Positions 24,984-36,896 of a DNA stretch of 64,000 nt are shown piece after piece. The notes beneath the pieces were generated by a model. It had not been told where the DNA came from. It ran no database searches and saw nothing but the letters and a program-made list of their open reading frames with translations. Source of the stretch: Psammoneis japonica (taxonomy: Eukaryota); contig QPGO01000027.1 in assembly GCA_008632985.1 (NCBI GenBank), positions 1 to 64,000 on the forward strand, written 5' to 3'. Made by a program: the position numbers and the translations under genes. The first letter of the stretch is position 1; the number at the start of each line of letters is the position of its first letter.

Positions 24984-26138
24984 TCATTCCTCAGAATCAC
25001 TGCTCGTCATTTTTTCAAACTGACAATTCTCCTCGTCAAGGGCATCAGAATCACAATCTTTGCTCTTGTGCTTTTCATCATTGTTCGAGGAACTCGCTTT
25101 GAGCATTTTTTGAACTGCTTGGATCGCCGTGGCATTCAACTCTTCTTTGCGAGCGGCGTTGTCGTTATCGCGACGAGACCATGTGCGATTGCCATTTGAA
25201 CGGTGCCGTTTCGGGTCGGGTTCATGGTTCCCACGGCGTTCTTTCGCAAGTCTTTTGATCGACCAGCACTTGTCCATGTTGTGAGTGGATTTCTCGCATG
25301 AAATGCACCACTTCTCGGACTGAGATTTTTCGGCACCATGTTGGTGACCATTTTTGGAACCACGTTGGGAACCACTCTTGGCTTTTGATGCAGCACCGCC
25401 ACTGCCATCAGCCTTGGCATGAATGCCATCGAACATGTCTTCTGCGACCTCCAGGCGCTCCAAGAACTCAACCAACTCGTCACAGGTGTGTCTCAAAATT
25501 TCGAAACCCTGGACGGTCGACTGACGCTGCCACTTTCGAGGTGCAAGATTGAAGAGGATGTCCTTGAGCTCGTCATCCTCGATCTTCTGTTCCTTCCCAA
25601 AGGGAGGATAGAACTTGAGGTCTTCGTTGACTTCCTGGACCCAAGCAGCAATTTCGCGCACTTTCATGGACTCCGGCTTCTTGAGATCACGACGCAAATA
25701 ACGTTTCTGCACCGAAAGTGCGTTCTTGGGAAACACATGCCTCGTGAGATGTTGCAGGCATTTCTCGAAGCTTCCTTCCGCAGATTCGTCTTCAAGGTTC
25801 GCTGCCGCATTCTCGAAAGCACGTAGAGCGTCTCCTTGGAGCAACATGCGCATGAGACGAAACTTGTCAGATTGCTTCCTGACATTCTGGCCCACTGGAA
25901 GTTGATCGTAGCTCTTGAGAAATTCGATGAACTTGGGGACACCTTGTTTCTTGTGGCACTCGACATTGATGGTGTGGGTGCGGCTGTCCTTCTTCTCGGG
26001 ATGAAAACGTTGCTCCATCTTGAGGTGCTGGCTCGGTTTGAGGCTCTTTGGCTCGGAGTTCGATTCCAGCGGTTGAGGAACGATTTTCTCCTGCCTTGAC
26101 GAAGTTTTGGCATTGGTTGCATGAGGTGAAAGCTTCAT
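24984..26138 (-). CDS. gag: Gypsy gag with a CCHC zinc knuckle
   Basis: ORF upstream of pol containing C-x2-C-x4-H-x4-C (CISCEKSTHNMDKC). Confidence 0.85.
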   Translation of the reverse strand: MKLSPHATNAKTSSRQEKIVPQPLESNSEPKSLKPSQHLKMEQRFHPEKKDSRTHTINVECHKKQGVPKFIEFLKSYDQLPVGQNVRKQSDKFRLMRMLLQGDALRAFENAAANLEDESAEGSFEKCLQHLTRHVFPKNALSVQKRYLRRDLKKPESMKVREIAAWVQEVNEDLKFYPPFGKEQKIEDDELKDILFNLAPRKWQRQSTVQGFEILRHTCDELVEFLERLEVAEDMFDGIHAKADGSGGAASKAKSGSQRGSKNGHQHGAEKSQSEKWCISCEKSTHNMDKCWSIKRLAKERRGNHEPDPKRHRSNGNRTWSRRDNDNAARKEELNATAIQAVQKMLKASSSNNDEKHKSKDCDSDALDEENCQFEKMTSSDSEE

Positions 26139-26174
26139 CTTGAACTTGTTGCCTTCTGTGGTGTGTGTGCACAA

Positions 26175-26553
26175 TGCACCATGCTCGAAGAACGAGTGCA
26201 AACGAAAGTGGAGCGAAGTTCAAAAAAGTGAAAATTGTGAGAATCATTTCTGCGCAATCATTTTGGGTTTCTCCGAACGGGTTCTCAACAGCCTAAACCT
26301 TTTGTGCTGCTCCTACAGACAAAGGCCTTTCGGAGAACATGATCGTGACAACAGATTGTCCGGATGTGATTGACATTGACACATGAGATGTCAACATCAT
26401 CGTACGATCGCATTTGCGATTCTCGACATCCGATCACTTCTGTGTGACTGATCTGCACTTCGTACGAACCCACGATTGACGTGCGATTGAAATGTGCTTT
26501 TATTTGACACATGGACATGCACACACAATGCGCACATGACAACGCACATTGCA
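26175..26553 (-). repeat. 5' LTR (TpA-hypermutated)
   Basis: Colinear with 21378-21756; only 5 TpA remain. Confidence 0.95.
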
Positions 26554-28955
26554 TCCTTGATGTTGATTTTATTTTCATGAGCACAAACAATCCTTCCATC
26601 TCAACAACTCTGCCATGCACAAACATGATGCACCCTCCGTCATGATTGCACAGCCACTTCTAAAAAATGTGACCTCCTTGCAACCAACCAACCAGATTTT
26701 TTAACCACAACTTTGTCTCAAATCACTCAGCAATCACCGTTGCTTTTTCCTCCATTTTTGCATTCTGTTGGAGAATTTTTGCTCCTGCTCCAACCACTGA
26801 GAGAAGTCTTGCAAACACTCTTTTGTCAGAGTGATGTTTGTGTGTGACCAAGTCTTGTGCACAAAACCTGCAAAGTTGAGCTTTGTGCTCCACTTTGCTG
26901 TTTTGCATGTTGGCCAGACTTTCTGCCATCCTCTGTGGCCACCAATGGGATGAGGGGAGCTCGCAGATGGCATTGTTGTCATTGTTGCAGAGAAGATCAT
27001 CTTGAGATGTTCTTGACTGGAACGAGTCATGTGGTTGCCAGGGCTGGCCGCTGAAGGCACAAACACCTGCATGTGTGTGTTTGGGGGGGGGGGGGGGGTT
27101 GTTGCCGGTGGCATCAACTGGCTGGGCTTCAGCTGCAGACAAGCAGATGAAAGCTGCAAAATGACAAGGCTCTTGGTTGACTTTTTCAGACATCAGAGGC
27201 TGGTTGCACCTCTGGCTTTGGCGCACATCGTGCCATGATCTGGGTCGCAGTGGCTGGTCCTTGGGCCATCTTGGGCTGGGCTTGATGATGCTGGCTCTGG
27301 TGTTGAGGCACTTTTGGATGAAACTGCAGACTGCATTGTGTGGCATGGAAATTGCCAGCACTTGAAGGTTGCTGGGCTGCTGGAGGGAGTTCTTGCCAGC
27401 AGCAGCTTTGCATTTGGTTGACTCTCTGACAGAAGCAATGGGTGGGTTTGCCGCAACAAAAGTGATGCAGCCACGAGTGCACAAAATGTGCTCCTTTTGG
27501 GATGAAAGTTTTTGACAGGGAATCCGCAAGAGACACCACTTGTCTACAAACAAAGAGGTCTTGGTTGGCAGAGGGTGGGTGGCAGCAGCAGTTGACAGCC
27601 AAACTCAGACAATGAGCCCAAGCATGTCACTCGAAAAGCAGAGCAGCACAAAAAGGAAGTGATCACCCAGGTTGTGAGAGCTGATCTCCTGTGCTGCTGA
27701 AGGTTTTGAGAGCTGATCTCCTGTGCTGCTCAAGTGAAAAAGTGGCGAGGAAAGAGAAGAGGCCCTGGTGGCTGGAGATCAGAGTGCCAGCAGCTGACGG
27801 TTTTCTGAGGCTGACCATTGCTGACATCAGCTTGGACGAGCTCTGCCTGTGCAGTGAGTTTCTCCTTGCAGAACGTCCAAGAAATTCCCAAACAGCATGT
27901 TCACACTCAACTCCTCAACCCTCATCCATGCAGTCTTTTTCACACTCAACTCCTCATCCCTCATCCATGCAGTCTTTGTGTCGTCAAATCATGTCTTCGT
28001 TGAAATGCACTTATTTGAACGAGAAGTGTGCATGTTCTGCAGTCACAAAGACATCCAACACCCTGATTCAACATTTGACACGCGTGTTGCGCGGGACGCT
28101 GCGCTCTGTCGCACGTGCTGCTGCCCTTCTCAGGACCACAAAAATCGTCTTCGTCGTCATCGTCGTCATCAACATCGTCCCTTTCATCATTGGAAGCTGC
28201 TGAAACCACATTACAAACAACTGTCCTTGATCGGTGCGATCTGCAAGCTGCAGCATCTCCACAGGAAACTGTGGAAAATCCAGCAGAGGACGTGACAACC
28301 AACAAAACACAGAGGAGTCGTAACCCACGACACTTTCTTGGAGTGAATCGCCCATTCCACCTGTGCTCTTTGTGCATGTTTCGTCTGTGTTTGTTGCATA
28401 AAAACCGCAGCATCCGACGCATGCGCCATTGTCAAACCGTCGGCCATCGGGCCATCGGCCAGCAGCAATCTTGCCTGACGACGTGCGCACGGCACGTTGC
28501 TGATTTACCACAGTGTCGCACAGCCAGCATCACAAGCACACACACAGCGAAAGCCCTCTGCCAATTGGCAGAACGCCTCGTATGTAGAAAATGTGCTGAC
28601 ACCTGCACGATCGCTTTTTTTTCTGTCGCTTTGCTTGTGCACACGAAATCTCAACAAACATTTGCAATTCTGACAAGATTCAAGGTGAAAATCGATGCTT
28701 CTTTGCATTTTCCAAGGAGCCATCATCTCACTTTTTCGAGTTTTCGGTTCAAACAAAACGCAAAACGTTCACAAAGAAGCAACAAAAAAGCAACAATTTG
28801 CTTGACGATTTGGGGTGTTCGCACCCCAAGCAAAACAACATTTTCCTTGAGTGTCACCAAAAAATTCCTCTGACGAGTCTCTTCCTTGTGCACACGATTT
28901 CACAATGGGAACACGTCGGATGAATGCGCACAGATACGATGTGGAGAGCTGAACG

Positions 28956-30048
28956 GGGCGATCCAGGAAACTTCGAAGACTTCGAAAGATTCCATGTTCC
29001 ATGACATTTCTGCAAATCATTCTACGTGCAGAGCTCGCAGGTTGTTGGCACTTTATAAACAAGGGGCAACAGATAAAAGTTCGAACAAACATGTTGTGTG
29101 TTCGAAGCTTTCGAACATTGTTCGAAGTGTTCGAAGTTTTGTCGCAAACACATTGCCCTCCAAAGATTTTGATTTGAGTCACTTGTTCTTCGAACTTTTC
29201 ATGTTGCCCTTTTGGTCACTTCAAACTTGTTCGAACAAAGTTCGAACTTGTTCGAACAAGTTGAATTTTAATTGTTTGTCCAGTCATTCATGTGTCATTA
29301 CGAATTGACAACCACCGATTTTTGGCACGTGACACCACCATGATGACACGTTCCGTCGAACGAGTTCAGGCCCACCCGGAACAGTCACCAAGCCATTTGG
29401 GTACAGCCATGTCAATGAGGCACTTGCGGATCATGCATGTCTCATTGGATTGGCAATTCTTCGTGGTTGACAAATGAACGACGGCAAAGGATTCACGTGT
29501 TGTTTTGTCGTGCTTTGGCGTAGAAAACCTGCGCAGGCCTGCTCTGAGCCACAAGCGCGCGCAATGAGCTTGCAGTGCATCATCTCGTAGCTGCCTGCAC
29601 TTGTCGCTTCAATTGTGCGTACTGTGTCTCATCATCTCATTGACACCAGTAGATGCTCGAGACTCGAGTGGAAGAGAGCACAAAACAACAACGTGAGATG
29701 TCACACCGGTGCCGCATCGCGCGTGTTGTGCTGCCAGCAGCACGTACATCATTCGGCTGCGGATGTCATCGTGACATCATCATTCGTCTCCCTGCCTTAC
29801 TTTTATTTATGAATTATAAACTTCGAAAGTGTTCGAAGTGCTTCGAAGTGTTCGAAGTGTTCGAACACTTCAAACAACTTCGAACACTTCGAACTTTCTT
29901 TGGGGCAGCATAAAGGGCAACAGAGAAAGAAATTTCACAATGTTCGAAGCTTTTGTCCATCCTGCACGAGGTCCACGTAGAGATGTGTTGACAGGAATTA
30001 GGAATCTCTTGAACATTTTTCGAAACTTCGAAGTTTCCTGGATCGCCC
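28956..30048. mobile_element. Non-autonomous TIR element with subterminal TTCGAA arrays
   Basis: Perfect 23-bp inverted repeat gggcgatccaggaaacttcgaag (28956-28978 and 30026-30048). Dense ttcgaa clusters at 29080-29260 and 29820-29950. Confidence 0.8.
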
Positions 30049-31725
30049 GGAAGCGCCAAGGAGCCATCATGGCAAAATGCCGATTTTCCCTGAGTGTTTG
30101 CATCGAATCCATGGCAGAGTGCAGGGTTCGTGTGGTGCGTTTTACTGTCGAGAAAAGAGCACATGGTGAAAATTGTTTTTAGTGTGCGTGTGGCATGTGC
30201 TGGAGTGGGAATTGAGCAAAGTGCAGTGTGTGGCCATGGCGGCTTTCCGAATCGACACCGCATCCCTCCCATTGATCCCGAGGAACATTTGCGTTCACAC
30301 ATTGCCATAGATCATAAACATCATAAAGCTGTGCATGCCGAAAACCATCCCTTAGACCATTTTTCGGCTCTCATTTGCCACATTTTGCAGTCGTTCAGGT
30401 GCCATCAAAGTTTGTTGCGTTTGCAAGGAGAAGATTGGCGAGAACGGAAAAAATGCATTGTTGTCACGCCATGATGTCACACAGGCAAGATTCCCACACA
30501 CAAATGATGCAGCAGCATCCTGCTGCGTGTCTTTTCCGGTGCCTCGGCGCCATTGCCTCTCTCGTGTTGTTTCGTGTTGCTCTGCATGAACATGCATGCT
30601 CATCCTCATACGTCATGCAACGTCACAGACTGAAATAAAGTATGGCTAAATTTTTAAAGTACTGAGTCTACCTATGGTCAAGGTTTTCTACGCGCGTTTC
30701 GCTATGTGACAGTAGCATCTTTCCTTCCGACGAACGTAATTTCAGAAATCGTGGGGCCTACGTACACCCTGGTACATAATGTTACTCATTCCTTATCCAT
30801 GCAGTCATTTATGTCTATGCAGTCTTTACGCTGTGGAAAGGGATGTCTTGGTAGAAATGTACTGATGTGACTTGAAGTACGTATTCTACGAAGACATTTC
30901 ACAAATTGTTTCAACATTTATTGTCATGCCCCGAGACATTACACACTCTCGCAAGCGGTACTGCCCTTCTCATGACCACAAATCCTGCAGCTTTTTTGGC
31001 TCTCTCCTCGCCACATAACAGATAATATCTATTCCCGAGTGAGCATCAGAATGCCTGCATAGAGACCCTTTTCCTTTTTTAAAATACTAGTATATTGCAC
31101 AGCGAGGGACCCATTTATCGACGTGACATCATTCTAGACTTTTTTGCAGCATGAGCGTGACATCAGACCCTTTTTCCATTCCACAACACTGCTTGGGCAG
31201 GATTCGTGGCTGACACCGAGACATTGTATCTTGGGCGGGACACTCAATCAACTGCGTCACCAGCGATCCCAACTTGCTATATTTAATGAGACGGTCATGA
31301 TTATGCCACGTATACTGACTCTCGTCGCTTCTTTTTGCATCGCAAATCCTGCTTGCAGCTTTGGGCTGGTCCTACTCTGTCCTCGCCACTGGTCTTTTCC
31401 GTGAACGTCCCAGTACGTAGGCGCTTTTTTCTTAACAAACGCTGCACGGAGAGGGATTCATTTAACGACATTGCTGCTTACAGGATTCTTAATATAACTG
31501 CGATGGTCGCTTGGGTTTCTCAATCGCGTGCGTCAGAAGCAAACACCCGTTTGCCATTGGACGAGACGGTCATTATTACGTCAGGGTGGCCAAAATCCGA
31601 ACCTTGAAAATTCCGGTGGCCAAGTTCTGAGTGAAGGTCCTCCCGCCCTCTTGGTTTTGGCACATAAATCCAGATTTTGCCTTTCTGAAAAGCTCTCTCC
31701 TCTATCTGCCGTACATTACGCAACC

Positions 31726-32415
31726 ATGAAGTTTGCTTCTGCATTTGCCATTCTAACTGGGCTTGTCAGCCTTGCCATCCTCTCTTCTTCCGTTGAGGGA
31801 TCCCACCACCACGGTCAAGAATTTTGTGAAGAAGATCCGGAAATGTGTTTTCGCCGTCTTCTTTCTCCCGAAGAGTCGACGGCTTTGATGGTGGATGGTG
31901 AGTGCGCGTCCGAACTCTACGAGATCTCCTTGTATGTCAACAGTCACATCTTCCTCATGGCAGAGCCCATGAAGAAGGATGAGGAGACGGACTGCCCTGT
32001 CCTCAGCTTTGACTTTGAATTCCACGACGATGCGGGGGTGAAGATGGTTCACGTCATGAAAGACCTGGCTGGAGTCCAGCCCCGTCTCATTTTGGCTACC
32101 AGGGAGCTCTCCAAGATTGCCTCTGCCCTTACTGAGGCCAAACCGACCCGTTCTGGGGAGGGAACGAAGGAGGACTACGACTTATGGACCAACAATTGCG
32201 CCTCCTTCGTGCTCAACATGATGGCCAAGCTGGATATTCCGGCTGATGAGAGTGTCGCCACTTTCACGGCGGAACAGTTGATCAAGTCTGACCATTTCCG
32301 CATTGTGGTCAAGGAGAACACGCCGGAAGAGTCGTCCTTCCTGCGCAGCCCTTATGAAGCCATCGTGGACAAGCTCGTGCGCTCGTACATCAAGGACGAA
32401 TTCCCTGATTTGTAA
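31726..32415 (+). CDS. Secreted permuted papain-like (PPPDE/LRAT-type) protein
   Basis: Signal peptide MKFASAFAILTGL.., a His in SHIFL and the Cys motif YDLWTNNCASFV. Confidence 0.7.
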   Translation: MKFASAFAILTGLVSLAILSSSVEGSHHHGQEFCEEDPEMCFRRLLSPEESTALMVDGECASELYEISLYVNSHIFLMAEPMKKDEETDCPVLSFDFEFHDDAGVKMVHVMKDLAGVQPRLILATRELSKIASALTEAKPTRSGEGTKEDYDLWTNNCASFVLNMMAKLDIPADESVATFTAEQLIKSDHFRIVVKENTPEESSFLRSPYEAIVDKLVRSYIKDEFPDL

Positions 32416-33950
32416 GGACTGCGTGTCCTAGTAGGAAATGTCCTCCCCCCAATACACCAGTTCCTATTCAGTACAGCAAGACAAGGGTGCTGCTAAATTG
32501 GCGGTATGGTGGGCTTGATGGGCAATGCCCGTTACATGTCACAGAGGAGCCAGGACCTATGTCATTCATTCTTTTTATACCTTCCGATGCACGTATGACT
32601 TCGAGGAGCTGCCTTTATGTGAAAAATACCAAAAAAATGAATAAGTGTTGTATCTTTCTGGCATCCTTTCGTCACCGTAATAGTATCTGCCGTACTTACC
32701 AAAGTGCTATCTCACTCATCGCACCCCCTTGGCTCGTGCTCCAAGCCATCACTCCGTACGAGGGAGGATTGATACGATCGATAGTGAACAGGATATTGAT
32801 GCCGCACTCTACTACTTAATCCCTTTCTTGAAGAGTATCTTCGCGTCGTCGTTTTTGTCGTGGTTGTTTGGTAACGGATTCAACATGTTGGATTCCGTGG
32901 TTGGCTTGTCGAGTAAAAACATATTCCGTGTTCGCCCTTCGCCCCAAGACGCGGGGTAAGGTGTCGTTGCAGTTTTGTCGTAGAGTAGCACCGTAAATTG
33001 AGACAAACAACAAGTCGGCCTTTTGATAACTACCCTATTGAGAGGCAAAGCTCCTATGCTTTCTCGACTTGCTTCAAACCAATTTGATCCGTAATTTACG
33101 AAAGAGTTCCTCCTCTCTTGATGTTGATGTTGTGTTTGGCCGTGGCCCGTCGGTCATGAAACTACGAAAAGGCTACGACTCCAGGATCGTTTTTGTTCCC
33201 TCGTTCCAATCCAACCGATCTAAAAGAGGGAGATCGCTCGTCGACGACTTTGACAAGATCCGATACCGAATTGGCGGCGGAACTAAACTCAGGACTGGTA
33301 CCTTCGACAATGACGTGGTCTTCGCGAGTAAGGTTTCCCCCACCCACGTATACTCATCTCACAAACCGTAATGACAATGTCCCCACAGGTGATACTGCAA
33401 GTCTACAAGGGGAATCACAATGTAGCCCTCTGGCATGAATTCTCAAGCCATAGTACTCGTAGACTGCAAGGTTTTTCTTCCGGAGGTTCTGTGTATACGG
33501 TACGGCGACGTCGACGTTGTCAGTGATCTGCGATGAATCCTTCATAAATAGTGATGATATTCTCTGCTTCCGCTTTCACTATTCCTTCTTGGATGCTGCT
33601 ATCCGCCAATACATGTGGAGTAAGTTGAAGGTGGCAAGTGAGAACAATAGCATCCAGAGCACCAATGACAACGGCAGCGCCGCATCAGTTTTCCCATGGT
33701 GACACTGACACTGTGAAAGTCGCCCGCAACTTCAAAACAGAGAGTTGCGAGCTCTGAGCTCCGGTATCTTCGTCGGCAACTCAATCGGGTCGAAGCCGCG
33801 ATAACTTTCAAAAGATTTGGGATTACAGTAGGGCCTACACAACATGAAGAATTGCCAGTATGATGATGATGACGCCGACCCAATTGGTGACCTTACAAAA
33901 TCGATGATGAGCAAAGAGTGCCACCTACGCGCTGAAAGAGTTGTATTAGG

Positions 33951-34592
33951 ATGTCCGAGAGTCAATCACACGAAAATTTCAGCAATGAGGCAAACGATGG
34001 AGATGAATCAAGAGGAAAGGATCAGATCGAGATTCAGACATTGAGCATGGAGCATTTGGGACAGGTCGCACAGCTACAAAAAGATGCGTTTCGCACAAAG
34101 CGCTTGTTTGGTATCTTTGGTATCATTGAGTCGGAAAAGGAAATGAAAAAGCGTTACGCTCGGTACCCTCAAGAAAAATTGAATTTAGGGGCCGTAGCTG
34201 TCGATCAGCGACAACAAGTTTTGGGTTTTGTTCAAATGACAAGAAAGGGTCTTCCCATGTATCCAGACGGGCTCCACACCTGCAAAAAGGGAGAAATGTA
34301 CATTGAAACTGTTTGTGTTTCATCACAGGCCAGAGGTAAAGGAATAGGAACACGTTTGTTAAAATGGTGCCAGTCGACAGCCGAGTCATCGCAAGGTATT
34401 AATAATCTTTGCTTGGAAGTTATGAATGGAAATCGTGCCATTGGATTATACGAAAGGTTTGGGTTTCGGGTTGTGAAAAAGGACATTTTTGATTCATGCT
34501 GTGACGTAATTGTAGTGTTCTGTTGCTTTGGAAGACCATATGGATGGTGCGATTCCTCATGTGGATGCAAACTAATGGTTAAGGAATTGTGA
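33951..34592 (+). CDS. GNAT-family N-acetyltransferase
   Basis: YIETVCVSSQARGKGIGTRLL and LEV..N.AIGLYERFGF. Confidence 0.9.
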   Translation: MSESQSHENFSNEANDGDESRGKDQIEIQTLSMEHLGQVAQLQKDAFRTKRLFGIFGIIESEKEMKKRYARYPQEKLNLGAVAVDQRQQVLGFVQMTRKGLPMYPDGLHTCKKGEMYIETVCVSSQARGKGIGTRLLKWCQSTAESSQGINNLCLEVMNGNRAIGLYERFGFRVVKKDIFDSCCDVIVVFCCFGRPYGWCDSSCGCKLMVKEL

Positions 34593-34666
34593 AACTGAAA
34601 ATAGTTTCCCAGTTTAGAGCAGCTTTACTCGCTATGTACAAACAAGAAAGACACGTGTCTTTTCGC

Positions 34667-35498
34667 TTACGCATCCGAACGCTTCCGTTTCGAGGGGTGA
34701 AGCAGAGCTTCCTCGTCATCGTCGATATGAGTGCCAAACAGCCGATCACCTGCGTCTCCTAATCCTGGCAACACAATACCTTCCTCGTTCAGTTCCTCAT
34801 CAATGGTTCCGAGAGTGATGAAAACATCAGGATGCGCCTTTGCTATCTTTGTAATTCCAGATCGAGAGCCAATCACAGAAACAATGTGAATCTCAGGAAC
34901 GCCCCACTAAATGAAAACACACTTTGCCGTTAGTACAAGAACGAGAAAACGAAGTATAGACAAGGGGGACACATAACAGGTCGTAAAAGCAGCGCGCGAT
35001 TACCTTTTTAAGGAGGCTGACAAGACTCATAATAGTGTCGGCAGTGGCAATAACAGGATCCATAATGTATGCTACATCGACTTCACATTGTTTCGGAAGA
35101 CGATTGTAGTATTGAACCGGCATCATGTGAGATTTGTACATGCCAATGTGATGCACGGCAGCGTTGGGTAAAAGTTCGCGCATCGAGTCAATCATACCCA
35201 ATCCAGAACGAAGAATAGGAATGAGGGCGATACGGTCAGCAATCTTTTTCCCCGTGCACTCCATGTGATCGTTTCCAACAGGAACAGTCAACTGGACCGG
35301 CTTTGTCTTTAGCGTGGTCGTTGCATCGTAACCCAAATGATAGGTAATTTCGCGAAGGCAAGCCCGAAAGGCACTCGTTGATGACGATGACGACCGGAGT
35401 ATCGACAATTTATGGGAGAGAACTGGATGCGACGACACGCGGACTTTTTCGCCTAATTCATCGGTGGCACTCATTCCGTTAGCGGCGGAATCCGTCAT
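34667..35498 (-). CDS. upp: Uracil phosphoribosyltransferase
   Basis: HPVLSHKLSILR, PILRSGLGM, MDPVIATA and GIVLPGLGDAGDRLFGT. Intron 34907-35003. Confidence 0.95.
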
Positions 35499-36012
35499 GG
35501 TCTATATAAGGGGTCAACGAGAGGCAAGTCACTGCAGTCAGTTATGCTATGGGCACGGTCAGGGCTCGGTTGGTGAAATGTTGTTGTGACTGTCGTTTCT
35601 AAAGCCAACGTTTGCAAAATGTTGTTCCGACAAACGTACTTGGTTTTGGCGCGAACTTGAACCGCGCTCGATCGTATCCAGCTACGTAGATTCTACATTG
35701 ACACGTCATCATTTTCGATCCATCTTGTACAAGTACGACATACCATAGGCTACCGGTATCCGACGAGAAATACTGTAGGTCGGCCAATGACAATGTAGAT
35801 CCACAAATACCGGTCTGCGGAGAGCCAGGGCGGTCGCCGGAGTTATCTTTCCTCATTTCTTGGTTTTCAGTACTCTGAAAGGACTGCGACCAAATCGGCA
35901 ACGTTGCACGTGCTTCCAAACAGGTTTATTCATGTAGCTGCAACATCATGAAGAATGAGAGAATCTAGGAATCTAGTAGTGAGCTGAGATTATTTACACT
36001 TGAGAGAAAGTA

Positions 36013-36896
36013 TCATCTAGAAACGAGTTTCGCCGTCTCTTCAGTTTGTACATAAGGTGATGATGTTTCCATGCCTGGCAGGTCACAAGATCCGATCATA
36101 TAGGATTGTAGCTTTTTAGCAAAAGATGGAAGATTTTTGCGTGATATGCTTTGTTCTTCGACAAGTCCCCCGTCTGGCAGATAAATGTGGCCAAATGGCA
36201 AGGCCGGAACCCCAAGGCCTTGATGCAGGTTCGCGTTTGATTCACTCACAGGAACTTCAACAAAGAGGACCTTCGGGCAATTATTTGCCATTCTATAGAA
36301 TGATGGTGCCATTGCTTTACATGCCTGGATTTTAGAAGGAGACAAAATAACGAATCTATAGTTAGCATGGCATGTTCACGAAAACAGCGGATTCGCGCCA
36401 TACTGTATGTAAATGCGCGAGGATTCTTCAAGAGAACCCGGATTCGACGGCGGCCAGCGACGATGATGTTTGTCGCCAGGCTGGTTGTCTCAAGGCACTT
36501 CCAACGACAAATAATGAAGCAAACTTCTCTTACCTTACACCAAGGAGCAAAGAACCGTACTACCACGATTCTCTCTTCGTTTCCCACAACATTTTTGTAT
36601 TCTTCGAGATTGTGAACAACTTTGAGGTTTTCTGGCCGTTGTCCTTGACTGCGATTTTGTTTCTTCCGGTTTTTCCCCGCAAGGACAATATTTCTCATTC
36701 TTTCTTCAAAAGAGGTTTTCGTCTTTATTCTAAGTGGTTCTGTTATTGTACTCATCGAAAAGGCAGTTTGAGCTCTGATGTGTGTCTTGCAAACCCCGAA
36801 AGGAGCAGATGGCGTGAAACTTCTTGTAGTCGGTGCGCATGCCAACAAGAAAGCGAGAAAGAACGCTGAAAGCTTTTCCACGCTATAAACCAACAT
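36013..36896 (-). CDS. Atypical thioredoxin (WCKAC), probably plastid-targeted
   Basis: Signal peptide followed by an RS-FTP cleavage motif (ASAFAP-like). Intron 36325-36533 joins VVRFFAPWCK|ACKAMAP. Also LGVPALPFGHIY. Confidence 0.85.

Larger units (their letters stand above)
21378..26553 (-). mobile_element. Full-length Ty3/Gypsy LTR retrotransposon
   Basis: Two 379-bp TG..CA LTRs and a 4-bp TSD TCCT (21374-21377 and 26554-26557). Polypurine tract agggaggcgaa next to the 3' LTR. Gene order gag-PR-RT-RH-IN. Confidence 0.95.
19190..30630. other. TpA-depleted hypermutated domain 2 (nested transposable elements, with a protected island at ~21380-22280)
   Basis: Very low TpA except in the left LTR and integrase 3' end. 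Confidence 0.85.

Noticed and set aside
21783..26553. ADAR/APOBEC-type editing of the retroelement RNA or cDNA
   Set aside because: Changes are strand-symmetric (11 TG versus 14 CA), differ between sister LTRs, and also affect an intron-containing DNA transposon and host-gene copies.
29820..29900. CRISPR-like array
   Set aside because: These are short 9-10 bp units without unique spacers, in a eukaryotic context, lying subterminally in a TIR element.
32487..33950. Short ORFs between the papain-like and GNAT genes
   Set aside because: No recognisable motifs or consistent exon structure.
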